Assembly: GCF_021869535.1 (NCBI RefSeq)
Contig: NW_026262679.1
Location: 28,954,001 to 29,018,000 of the forward strand
Direction: 5' to 3'
DNA: 64,000 nt
Origin: Mytilus californianus
Taxonomy: Eukaryota
Positions 52,316 through 64,000 of this stretch are shown here, in pieces. Under the pieces are notes generated by a model. That model was not told the origin of the DNA. It saw only the letters and a list, made by a program, of their open reading frames with translations, and did not search any database. Positions within the stretch are counted from its first letter, which is position 1, and each line of letters begins with the position of its first letter. The position numbers and the translations under genes are program-made.

Positions 52316-53318
52316 AGCCTTGGTCACACCTTAGCGGATAGCTCGAACGGATGCCGAACGGATAACTTTTTTTCAATCCGTTTATGTCCGTTAGACGTCC
52401 GTTCTTATCCGTTAGACGTCCGTCCATATCTGTTTCATGTCCGTTTAGCGTCCGTTTTATCCGTCGACGTCCGTTCTGTCCTGTGGAAAATTTTGAGTAT
52501 GTTCAAAACTTTGAACGGACGTCCAACGGATGAAGTGTCCGTTGAACGTCCGATAGGCGTCCGTTTTGTACGGTACTCGTCCGTTTCGTTTCCGTTTTGT
52601 ATCCGTTATTTGCCCGTTATACATCCGTTAGAGGTCCGGTAGACAAATTCACCAACGGACTTCTACCGGACGTATAACGGATAAAACGGATGATGAACGG
52701 ATGGGACACGGACACGAACGGAAGGATAACGGATACCTACCGAATGTAAAACGGATATATGCCAATTGAAAATTTCGCGTCAATCAGAAATGGCAATTAT
52801 TGATATGTCAGATTTCTTGAGTGTCATGAACGTCTATTTATCATGATGGATCTTGGAGTAAGAGCATGTCTTCACTATCAAGCAGCTCTTATTCAGGTCC
52901 GACTGAACTTAAATGCTGCAAATATAAACCTACTAGTTGTCGAAAGGAGAAGAAGGAGAAAACAAAGGAGATGGTGGGCAAGATCATTGCTTAGTCCTGA
53001 AAGATATGTATTATTATTATGGCTTTTAATTTTCCGCTTATCTTGTTCATCCGTTTTATCCAGTACGCTTCCGTTAGGTGTCCGTTTTATGCGGTACTCG
53101 TCCGTTGGATGTACATTCGACGTCCGTTCTGTCCGAAACGTTTCAGTTTCTCGTACGTTGCATATCCTGTGAGTGTCCGTTAGGCATTCGTTACCCGTTC
53201 GTTTTATTTGATCAGTATACCAACGGACACCCAACGGATACAAATTTTGTCAACGGAAAACTTTTTTCTCATCGTTTCGGCGTCCGTTCAAGCTATCCGG
53301 TAAGGTGTGACCACAGCT
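52316..53318 (+). mobile_element. Non-autonomous PIF/Harbinger element, copy 2 (1003 bp), inserted inverted into copy 1
   Basis: Termini AGCCTTGGTCACAC...GTGTGACCACAGCT; 3-bp TSD TTA at 52313-15 and 53319-21; carries the same transposase N-terminus (52843 onward). Confidence 0.9.
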
Positions 53319-55559
53319 TTAAGGTGTGACTGAGGCTTTAGGGTTCAAAACGTCTAACATTTAGTACAAAACAGCAAAATGTGCCAAAATAGCCTTATTG
53401 TTAGATCTTTTAATTAATATTTTGATATGTGCAACACCTTTACTAAAAAAGATAATTTGACCAAAAATGTATTTTACAGATATGTTAATGTGTGTAAAGT
53501 ATCTGTTTGGTAAAGTTGTTGCCGTATATGTTTTAACCATAATCGATGCGTGAAATGGCTATTTTAAGCTCAATACTTAAATTTGGTCATATTTATGACG
53601 CCATAGTGACATCAGATGTCACCTTTCTGCATTTAAGTGCCCAGTTTATATTAACCTGTTAATTTTTCCAAAAAATAACATAGTTTTGAAATTCGCTGTA
53701 TTTGCAATATTAAGACACTCATAATAGCGCTTATCATATCTTCTCCTTCAGACGAAAATCAGAAATGTTTTCGATATAAGTAAACACGGAAAAACAATCT
53801 TCATTTAAAATGTCTTTCGTCGGAAATGTGGAAATTACGTCACGATGTAGAATACACGTTTTTTAAATAACAAGTTTGATTAACTGAATAATAGTTGCGT
53901 GTAGTTAAAACCAGGAAAAATCCTTCGACGCAGATTTTGTTTCGTTTAATATATATTTTTTTTTCTTCCTAAAAGCGCTGCTTCAGGATCTGAAATAAAG
54001 AAGCGAATGTCAGTATTTAAAGGGGAAAAAAAATAAATAAATGAAATTGAATAAATTTGTGAAACGAATCAGATATATGTATAAATATTCATAATTATTT
54101 TTTTTCTTTACGTATGATCAAAAATTGAACACATATAAATGACATTTTGTTTTCGAAATCACCGATAAATGATAACCCGTCTTGACTGCTTGTGAAAGAT
54201 AGTGGAAATGAAATTTGTTTAACATACATGTAAAATAATTCTAGGTGTACCGTGTATTTTTTTCTTAGATAAGGAAGTTATGCAGAATATAAGAAACGTC
54301 AAATCACATAATCCATAAAATACTAATGTATCTATATTACCCATGTTAGCGCTATCGTGAAACAATGCTTATAAACACACAAATAAGATCTTATCCTAAA
54401 ACTGGCCAAATAAATATAGTTTTTGTTTCCCTAATCTATTTACAGGACATCAAGGATTTGTATAGTGAGAAGGATTGGAATCTCGCGGTATATCGACACT
54501 TCTCGCGTATCGTGAGATGTTGCGTACTCGCCACTATAAATTTATACGCGCCTGTTAGTAAATATCCGGTCGAACAGCGTGTATTGCAAGATAATCATTT
54601 CTGACTTGTTCTTTGTTGTTAGGTTTAGTTTGTTTTAGCATCTTTGATCAATATTTTGTTTTAATTCGCAAAGATATCACGATTCCTTCTCAGTATGTCA
54701 TATTGAGGACCTCTCTCAAGCTGGAAAATGAACTTTGATAGTCGTTTACATTTGGCAGTTGCCGAAAATTATCGTAATTATTTGTTGTTTTTCTTGTGAT
54801 CGTAATGTGAGTAGCCCAACACATCTTTATGATACATGTACTTGTAATAGCTGTTTAAGATAACCCCAAAGAGAAGGTCAAAACAATTATTTATTTTTCG
54901 CAGCTTGTCTTTGTCCTTTCTTCTAGTATATGAAACTGACCCAACTACCACAAGAGCATTGACCATGTTGACAGTTAGAGGAAATCATACAGTCTTCTAG
55001 AATAGTCAGTCTCCATACAATATCTGTATGTTGATTTTTTATCATAGTTAAGTTATGAATAAATTTAACAGAATCAATAAACATGTACAAATGTAAGGTC
55101 CGCAACAAATGAGAAATTAAATGAATTCATTGATTTTCAAGAATTCTCGTCTGTTCAAACTGCAAATAAATGAGTTGTAACTGGAACTATAGAGGTTTGA
55201 GTTCATTGAAGGACTGGCAGGAAGTTAAAAATAAGTTCATGATTATAAACAACAGTAAAATAGAAACTGAAATGATATGGAGTAAATGTACATGTACATG
55301 GGACTAAATCGCACCCAATACATAGAAAACATAGAAAATTATCAATGAACATGGCTTTTATTCCTGTTCTTCATCTTGACAGTTGATGTAGGGTCTTCAA
55401 CAATGAATGTATCATTCATATCCTAAAATCAATGGTTGTACCCATGGCAAGTACAAGTAAATATCCCTTGTGAAAAACATTAGTAACACAAGCAGCTAAT
55501 AGCATTTCACGAATAACTTTGATGGGTTATCTGCTTATTGTGTCATACACCCTACTCAT

Positions 55560-55730
55560 AATTTGTTTCACATTTTTCACGTTGTGGCCTTTTAGAGACA
55601 ACTATACAATATGGGTTTTTCTCATTGTTGAAGGCTGTACAGTTGCCTATAATTGCTTACATCCACTTCATTTGAATTTGATGGATAGTTGTCTCATTGG
55701 CATTCATACATCTCCTTAATTTTATATTGG
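55560..55730 (-). repeat. Dispersed repeat family A copy
   Basis: Reverse complement of the family A core. Confidence 0.75.
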
Positions 55731-58700
55731 TAAAGATTTGACATTTTTTATTAGCATTAAGAGCATATATAAGTGGACAATCATTTCATTTTTAGGGGAT
55801 AAGGCAGGAGGATTTCTCTTGGACAGATTATTCACAAATAGTCAATATTATTTCATTTTTATCTGTTGCTCAGATTGTTTATGTCACATAGCTTCATTTT
55901 CACTTTTTTACATAATTTTTTATGCTTAATGTGAGGCAGAAATGCAGCAGCGTATTCATTTTCATCTTGAACGGGCAACATTATTTCTTCTACTAATTCT
56001 CACCAAGCTAAAATAGTCATTCCCACATCACCCCACCTTCATCCCATTGACCCAATAAATCCATTGGTTATCCACTTTCAAAAAGTACCTACATTGTACC
56101 TAGAAAACCTATCTTAGTGAACACTGACCTGTCTTCGTTTACATCCTTGTCCTTTGATCTCCTGATAGTTGTCTTAATAGCAATCGTACCACATCTCCTT
56201 ATTTTTATACCCACATGAAATATTTTTTTACATTCCTTACGAACCAAGCATGAAAGACCAAAAAATGGAACATTGTTACAAACTAAACTATCTGGGAACA
56301 CCAAACCACAGAAATGCTGGTACCTGCTATGACATGTATGAAGACATGTATTCTGGATGTCTTGTAATAAAAGAAGTTTGTTCTTGCTGACAAATTTTAT
56401 TAACACACAAAGCAATATTAAAACATGTTAATTTTCCAAGTCCTTTTTTAATTCCATTCATGACACTATTTGAATAAATATATAGTCACTGGTTGGATTT
56501 TACATATTGATAATGGTGATTTCATACTCTGGTTAACTTCCATCTTAAGTTTGTCACAGGAGCTGACACAATTTGTATTTGAATTTTTGGAACATAAAGT
56601 ATCCTCTGCGACGTGTACATCATAGAAAATACATTCTACAAATGTATGTCTTCTAGAGGCTTGGTTTGATGCCTTTCCCTGTATTGCATGCAGTATGAGT
56701 GATCATTTTGTAAGTCAGAATATGGTGTTATTTCTTGCACTTTCACCACAAAGAAATATATCTCCTTTCTTTAAATTTGGTATCCTGAAAATAACAAACA
56801 TTTTTTTTTGTAAGACTAAAATACATAAAATATAATTAGGGTTTCCCTGACATTTTCCATATTGTAAAATTATAATATTAATCCATTTAATTTCAAAGCA
56901 AAAACAATAAAACATTACATGTAAAACAAAATACACCTGCCTACTACAAATTAAAAACGAATAAGAATCTAAAAATTACATTTTGTGGCAGTACTAGTAC
57001 TAGTGCTGAAAGCTGTCAGAGCTGGCTAGAATTCAACTAAGAATTTCTGTAAAAAATATTAAGAGATTTGGCACACTGGTATGATTCTTGCACAAATTCT
57101 GAATATAATGATTTTAAAGTAATTCTGGTATCAGTATTATTTTATATATTTAATAATGTAGTTACCTGATTATTATCCACAGCCATAACCAACTATTGTC
57201 TTCAGAGAGAAGTACTATTAGAACACAAAATATCTTTTATATCTGACAATGTCTGAAAGTAAAAAACTTAATGCGAATATGATGTTAAACAATTATACAC
57301 AGTAACTGAAATTTTATTACTTATGTATCAAGAGTAAGCTACTCTCCTAGCTGTCCATATATAAAAGCTAAATAATTATTTTTTATCAAATAACATTTAG
57401 AGAATTTTGCAGTAATTTAAAAACGAATAATTGGGCACTCGTCACTGCTGGGTTATGTATAATCTGTTACTGTTTAAACCATGTAAACAGATGTAATTTA
57501 CATGTTCACTATAATAATGCTGGGATATGTATTTTATTGAAATTAATCCAGTTATCGTGGGTTTTATGGTATACATATATATATATATATATGAACATTA
57601 ACAAAGTAACACAGTTCATAATACATCGCAAAAATAATAAAATACAAGACATGAATTTATGTAGAATATGGAGTCTGGTCAGAAAAAGTTCAGAATTTTA
57701 AAGTCCGCATTGGCACATTATGCATCCTATACAAGTACATAACCGGTTGATTGTATTGGGGTAACAAGGATTAATTATGTACTTTAGTAGACATGTAGCC
57801 ATCCCAAGAATATCAAATGTTTGACCATGACAACATAAACTTTTTGACTATTTTGGTATTTCTTTATATTTCAAATGATGAACCCAGACGCCCAAGAGTC
57901 CTGACAATACATGTATGAAGAGTTTTTAGTAGTGAGCTGAGTTTATAACTGCTCCTTGATGAAGTGCCTAATTTTACTTTCAAATTATCCATACATGTAC
58001 ATGTGAATGGACCGTTCTTTTCTTTTTGGTTTTTGTTTATGAGTGTTAAGAAATTTTGTGTATTGTGGAACACTTTTTGACAACAAAGCCTGAAAAATAG
58101 TCTTTCATAAAATTTCTTTTTATTCATTTGGGCAGTTAGAAAAATTATACTGGTCTGGTTGTGGTTTATCCTGAAGACGGCAATATATATTTTTTATTTC
58201 ATTAACTGAATTAGTCGCACTGAAATCGTACCCTTATCCCCCACACTTTTAAGCACATATATATACATATACAAATGTAACTATCTCCTGTTATCTTTGG
58301 TACAGGCCTGAGGTATACCAAAAAATTGGAGAGATAGACAGTCTTAATATATGATAATAAGAACACGCCTTTAACTTGTAAATTAATAGTGTCCCTATAT
58401 TTTCACTTTATACTACTGCCAAAATATGCTATCACCTATGACAGTACAGTAGCCTATGTGCAGTATGAATGTATGATATACTCAGTTGATGTGGTGAACG
58501 TAAGCAGGGTTCTGTAAACCCTTGAAGGCATAAAGGAATTTCCGAGTACATTTTCATATCAATTCTAAAGGAAAAAGCAATACCTTTTGGTGTAAATGTC
58601 CATGAAACGACAGATGCAAACTATGTATTCTACTGTAAACATTTTTCATCACGTTCGAGGTACTACAGGAAGTTTATTTATGTTAATTTGGTCCCGCCCA

Positions 58701-59582
58701 TTATAACGACTTTTGGATGCATCTAGTAACCGTAGCGGTATTTTGAAAATATGATAATATCACACGTTATCATTTTGCAAGCCAAATGTTTTAGAAAGTA
58801 CAACAAATAAACTATGATAAATTGATATAATTACGTTTTAGTGTTGAAATCGACCGATTGTGGCACTTTATTGATATTTTATCAGTCCACCCTTTTTTGC
58901 ACTGACGCGGGACGATTTTTGACGGTTGGTCTGAAATAACCATTAAAATAACAACAACGAAAGCTCCTTACACTATATAGTTTATAATATGCACGCACCA
59001 CACACATTTATTTCATATAATTCAAGTTTCTGAACACAATTCCGTATTATGAAGGAGGAGATTGAGATTAAAGTTGTGGTTTGGACCGCCTATTTGGGCG
59101 GGATTATTACGATGACCAATAGATAAAATGCATAGTATATTTAGATGCAGACAATGTGTTTTGTAAAGATATAAACTGTTTTTTGAATCAGAACTGTCAT
59201 ACACTTACAATTAAAAGTATCACATCATGTAATTTTGTTATAGTATACTTACAAAACGCCGAGTTTATCTGGAAATGACATAAATTCAACTTGTAATGAT
59301 GGACGAAAAACGACTAACGAGATGCATCACGGTAAATCTCGCAAAATCTCATCATACGCAGCTTATTTCAATACAGGCAATGCAAATAGTCCACGAGATT
59401 CCAATCCTTCTCACTATACAAATCCTTGAGGACATGTACCATTGTTTTTTGTGGATTTGTTTTGATAGATTGATTGGTGTTTAATGCCACTTCGGCACTA
59501 TTGTGAGATTTCGTGGCGATCAGTTTTTATTGGTGGAGGCAGCCGGAGTGCCTTCGGTAGGAAAACTGACAATCCTATAAAA

Positions 59583-59790
59583 AAAGAAGATGTTGTTAGA
59601 TTGCCAATGAGACAACTCTTCACAAGAGACCAAATGACAAAGAAATTAACAACTATAGGTCACCGTACGGCCTTCAACAATGAGCAAAGCCCATACTGCA
59701 TAGTGAGCTATAAAAGGCCCCGAAATTACAAATGTAAAACAATTCAAACGAGAAAACTAACGGCCTAATTTATGTACAAAAAAATTCCTA
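59583..59790 (+). repeat. Dispersed repeat family A copy
   Basis: AAGAAGATGTTGTTAGATTGCCAATGAGACAAC...AAACGAGAAAACTAACGGCC. Confidence 0.85.
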
Positions 59791-59811
59791 GTCAATTAAG
59801 ATTTAAGTCAA

Positions 59812-59887
59812 GTGCACCTGCCACGTGCAGGATTCGAACTCACAACCTCGGTGTTGACAGGCTAGTGATATAGTTGTTGGACTACTT
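59812..59887 (-). mobile_element. tRNA-derived SINE head fragment (box B half)
   Basis: The minus strand reads ATCACTAGCCTGTCAACACCGAGGTTGTGAGTTCGAATCC (box B at 59841-59830). Confidence 0.6.
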
Positions 59888-60396
59888 TTTCTCTTCATTA
59901 AATGTTATTTAAATATATGCAATAAAAATTCACCAAACAGTACCTGGTGTCACAAACAAACAGTTACATGTAGTCAACTAAAACAATATCAAAAGCAGGT
60001 CAACAACAGTTTAAATATGATAATTCAATTATACAGTTTAGAATTTCTGCATGATTATCTGTTATATTAATAACAGGATTGTTTGATATAAAATATTTTT
60101 CTAATTAGAAATGTTCTTTTTCTCAGATTTAAAAAATAAAAAAAGTGAGAGATGTATTTTTCTAACAATGTTTTAAAATAGTTAACTGAATTGAGTTAAG
60201 CTAATACAAAATTTCATCTTTTATAGATACTTAATCTTTCTATACTCATAATGAAATTTGCGAAATAAGAATTAAAAACCGTTCTTTCAGAAAATCAGTG
60301 AAGTGTGACAGATTGACATAATGAATAACATTTGTTCTAAATCTTCTCTAGAATGTTTACACCGGACAAGTGTAATTATCCGACATGAAACATTTC

Positions 60397-60427
60397 ATTA
60401 CTCAGACCACTCGGCCACCAAGGCCCT
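60397..60427 (-). mobile_element. tRNA-derived SINE head fragment (box A half)
   Basis: The minus strand reads GGGCCTTGGTGGCCGAGTGGTCTGAGTA (box A TGGCCGAGTGG). Confidence 0.5.
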
Positions 60428-62835
60428 GTTTGTTTTGTTTTCAATATTTAATGTGTACTTAAGAGCTTGTATCACAGAAAACTATGTAAAAGTGTCCAGG
60501 AGTGAATCCCACAGAATATCGTGAAATTTGGTACACACAACACTTTGGCCATGCCAGTTTCACTTGTAAAATTTTTTGCTTAAATTTTATCAGATAGCCG
60601 AGTTTTGCAGCGCCATCTATTTTCACCCTTTTTTAACGGGAAAAGTGCCAAATTTAAGGTTTTTTAAAGCATTTTTATCCAACAAATAATCAATTATAGC
60701 AAGATAAATATCTTTTTTTGACCAACTCGTGTCATAAAGCATTATTCAGGAAATAAAAAGGCAAAATAATAAATATATATTTCATTTTTTTTAGTAGGGC
60801 TTCTGTATTTATAAAACTGGTATTTGAGGAATTGGCTATTTTACCCAATTTAGGACCAGAAGAAATGCTAAAATATCGAAAAGGTGAAGCTGTAATTAAA
60901 AGATGAATATATTTAAATGAACTACTATGATAGGTTAAAGCAATATAAAAAATCCATCCACGGCAAATATTTAGAAATATATTCAGTATATATTACTGTA
61001 CGGCTATTTTAATAGTATTTTATACATTTTATCATGTAATAAAATCATTTTCTCAACACAAAGCCAATATTTAGGGTGCAATTATTATCAAAACAAGTGA
61101 TTTATATAAGCAAAATTATAATGAAAACAATAACAAAAGTACTAAAAGCAGTCATGGAAAGCTCTATTATACAAATGAAAAAAGACGGTTTGTATTCAAA
61201 ATCAAAACTCTACAATTTGAAACTACTAATAGCAAGGAGGATTGATCCAATTCATTGTAAAAGGTCTAAGAGTAATGATTTCTTGTAAACTTGAAAAATA
61301 TTTTACCTCATAATTGAACAAAGGCTTCTGAAAATGACCAAAAGGAATAAGGCACAACCCCTTAATAATCTCATAAAAAGACAATTAATTGATTATATGC
61401 ATTAAGGAAACTACACAATAAACAATGACAACTAAAATAAGAGCTTATCATGATAAAATACAGCACATCAAGACAATAGCTGAAACTTGCAAGATCCCTG
61501 GTAAGCTTGACAAATTGTATATATAGGCAATTATACCACATCTCCTTATTTTTATATCTTGTAATCTCTATGTTGCCCTCTAGATGTCGTTTATGGTATT
61601 TGTTTTGTCTTTAAGTTGCTGTTTCCTTGAGTATATCTATCACCTGCTTTTATTTGTACTTTAATCATTATAATGAAATATAAGTGGGGACATTTTGCAC
61701 AGAAATGTGCTGTATCAGCATATTGCTGCAAATGTAATTTTGTTGGAAATCTTACATGCTACCCATGAACATTCATTTGTGTGTATATATGCCAGTTAAT
61801 CAGTATTTTGGTCCAATGATACATATACCTGATATGGAGGCTGTTAAATTAGAAGAACACAAATCCCAACATTAGTCAAATGAAATACTGTAATGTCCTA
61901 TTATCTTCAAAATTAAAAGAGCTTGGTCAATTCAGGTTTGAAAAGGTGATGACAAAATAATTTGTTAGAAATTTTTAACCAGGAAAAGCCATCAAAATCA
62001 TTTTTTCAATGTAAATTACACAAAATTTTAGCATTCTTTGTTTGTTTTTAAACAATAAGACTGACACTGAATCCATAACATTTCTTTTTAATTGCATGTT
62101 ATCACATTCAAATCATTATAGAATTTATAGTTCTAAAAATCATTGATACCAGCTGACCTGGCAAAGACTGATTTACTTTCAATTGACATTTTGTTCAGTA
62201 TCTTATGTAACTGCTAGGTATATATTGATCATATTATTACGGCCAGAAATCACATTTAAATTGTAGCCAACAAAAGACACAAATCAATAATAAAATTTAA
62301 CAAGATTTATTATACACAAGTTTACAAGAAGTATTTCACAAATAGAAATGTCAACTTAACTGTTAAAATATATGTCCGATCTTTTGTCTTTTCTTTATCT
62401 GGAATTCTTTTCGGGAAGCCAAACAAAATATTACGTCCAATAGGTCACAATCTAGTATGATGTTGTTCGTAAATAAAAGTGTCAATCCAATTGAGAGAAC
62501 TTCTGAGAATATTATGTCTATGTCTGAATGTTTAACTTTGGTGTCTGTATATATAATTTATTATATAGTTGTCACGGAAATTTCTACACTGTAGAAGTAA
62601 AACTCCTAGAAAACTGTAGAACGGAATCTTCTAGAACAGTGTAAGAAGTTTAAATTACGCATATTTTATTATGATCATTCTGGAATCGTTATGTAAGTAA
62701 AATAGAAAGTTCTAATCATTCCACCAGTCTCTATGATTGTTCCAGTGATTTCTAAACTGCACAGTTACAATATCATTTTGTAAACAACTATAAGGCCACA
62801 CAGAACAAATAAGGCCAACTAAATAAATATGATTG

Positions 62836-63033
62836 TCACAATATCATAACAATATCAACCTTTAAAAAATTAAAGAAGGAACGTTCATCCTCGATTCGTA
62901 ACTCGTTCATCAACTGATCATACTGACCAAACTGGAGTCTCCTTTCGGTTGATAACCAAGGACGAACCCAACAGGACCTACGCCGTCTAAAAGTTCTTCT
63001 TATACTTCTTCGCTCTCTCAATAACAATATCAT
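62836..63033 (-). pseudogene. PIF/Harbinger (HARBI1-like) transposase N-terminal fragment
   Basis: RRRRSCWVRPWLSTERRLQFGQYDQLMNELRIEDERSFFNFLK matches the R-rich/WVRPW...G.Y..L..EL...D...F.NF motif; no catalytic core follows. Confidence 0.8.
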
Positions 63034-63299
63034 GGCCTAGTCGTTAAGATTTTGTATCTGTGTCAATGATTGTAGAAGCATTACTACATGTACATGGTCC
63101 TGAGTTTCCATGGTTCAATTGAAATTGATGTTTCAAACAAAACCTGGAGAGCTTTTATATATTTTATGTGACAATAACAATGAGCATGACTAGAACTTGA
63201 AATGGTCGTAGTATGAACGTAGATAGGTCGTAAGAAGAGCGTGATGAGGACTATGGCAAGTCGTTCTCGTCAAAACTATGTTTAAACCAATTTTCGAAA

Positions 63300-63662
63300 A
63301 AATTACACACTGAGAATTAAAAAAAACACACTGAGATTAAAAAACCTAAAAACACACACTGAGAATTAAAAATTACACACTGAGATTTCATAAAAACGCA
63401 CTGAGATTACAAAAAATGAAAAAAACACACTGAGAATTGAAAATTACACACTGAGAATTGAAAATTACACACTGAGAATTGAAAATTACACAATGAGAAT
63501 TAAATAAAACACACTGAGATTAAAAAACCTAAAAACACACACTGAGAATTAAAAATTACACACTGAGATTTCATAAAAACGCACTGAGATTACAAAAAAT
63601 GAAAAAAACACACTGAGAATTGAAAATTACACACTGAGAATTTAAAATTACACACTGAGATT
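63300..63662 (+). repeat. Minisatellite with a CACTGAGA core (~21-bp units, ~16 cores) and a 183-bp higher-order repeat
   Basis: Variant landmarks CCTAAAAAC (63345/63528) and TTTCATAAAAACGC (63386/63569) recur at an offset of 183. Confidence 0.9.
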
Positions 63663-64000
63663 TGTGCGCACTTGTTATGCGCACATATCTAATTAGCATT
63701 TAATCTGAATCTATTACAAGCTTAAAACAACTAGGGGACAGAACTTTTTAGTCCTTCAATTTGGCGCTAAATGTTTTATAAAAAACATTAAAAATACAAC
63801 TAATAGAAAACTACGATATTAAAGACCAATAGAACAAGAAAAATTCCCACTTACTTTCATTACAAAATATAACCAAATGGTGAAAAACTTTATTAAAATA
63901 ATATAAGAAAACATTGGAACAATCTGCAAAAATACAAACAATGCAGTGAATTTTTTTCCCAAGTGCCTATTATAGCATATATACGTAACAAAAATATAAA

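Larger units (their letters stand above)
50180..53337 (-). mobile_element. Non-autonomous PIF/Harbinger element, copy 1 (~1 kb net), interrupted by a hAT element and by an inverted copy of itself
   Basis: The left end is GGCTGTGGTCACACCTTACCGGATAGCTC. The right end is split: ...GAGCTATCCG|TTA|[copy 2]|TTA|AGGTGTGACTGAGGCT followed by TTA (53338-40). It retains the Harbinger transposase N-terminus RRRRRKQRRWWARSLL (51825-51660). ACGGA-rich interior. Confidence 0.85.

Noticed and set aside
50188-53329. Many overlapping ORFs (e.g. 50256..50492, 52241..52642, 52893..53243)
   Set aside because: They arise from the ACGGA-rich, stop-poor TE interior mirrored by the palindrome. Only the RRRR..WW segment has recognisable homology.
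63300-63662. CRISPR-like array
   Set aside because: The spacers are short A-rich variants of one monomer rather than unique sequences; no cas genes; eukaryotic context.

Overview
AT-rich eukaryotic DNA with no prokaryotic features. The dispersed repeats (e.g. AAGAAGATGTGGTATGA..GCCAATGAGACAAC and CTGCTTACCCTTCCGGAGCACCTGAGATCACC) resemble, from memory, those of mytilid bivalves (Mytilus-like); this is an inference, not a database hit. I found no intact host protein-coding gene. The window is a dense, nested graveyard of transposable elements: LINE fragments, hAT, a Mutator-like element, PIF/Harbinger-ISL2EU (PHIS) relics, a Sola-like DDD transposon, Penelope-like elements (PLEs), SINE fragments and minisatellites. 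Highlights: (1) a near full-length Naiad-type PLE (N-terminal GIY-YIG, CxC linker, C-terminal RT; minus strand, ~24.8-28.15 kb) with in-frame TGA codons at three conserved Cys positions, suggesting a selenocysteine-recoded retroelement, although I could not find a canonical SECIS by eye; (2) a 539-bp tandem repeat in which each unit carries a complete minimal type I hammerhead ribozyme (retrozyme or pLTR-like); (3) a 6.9-kb Sola-like transposon with CAC termini, a TATA (or TA) target duplication, a 3x972-bp internal triplication and a C-terminal Tudor-like domain, inserted into the tail of another transposase; (4) a Harbinger element that inserted, inverted, into its own terminal repeat, creating a ~1-kb-arm palindrome. 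All alignments and translations were done by eye. Boundaries are approximate unless TIR/TSD coordinates are given.
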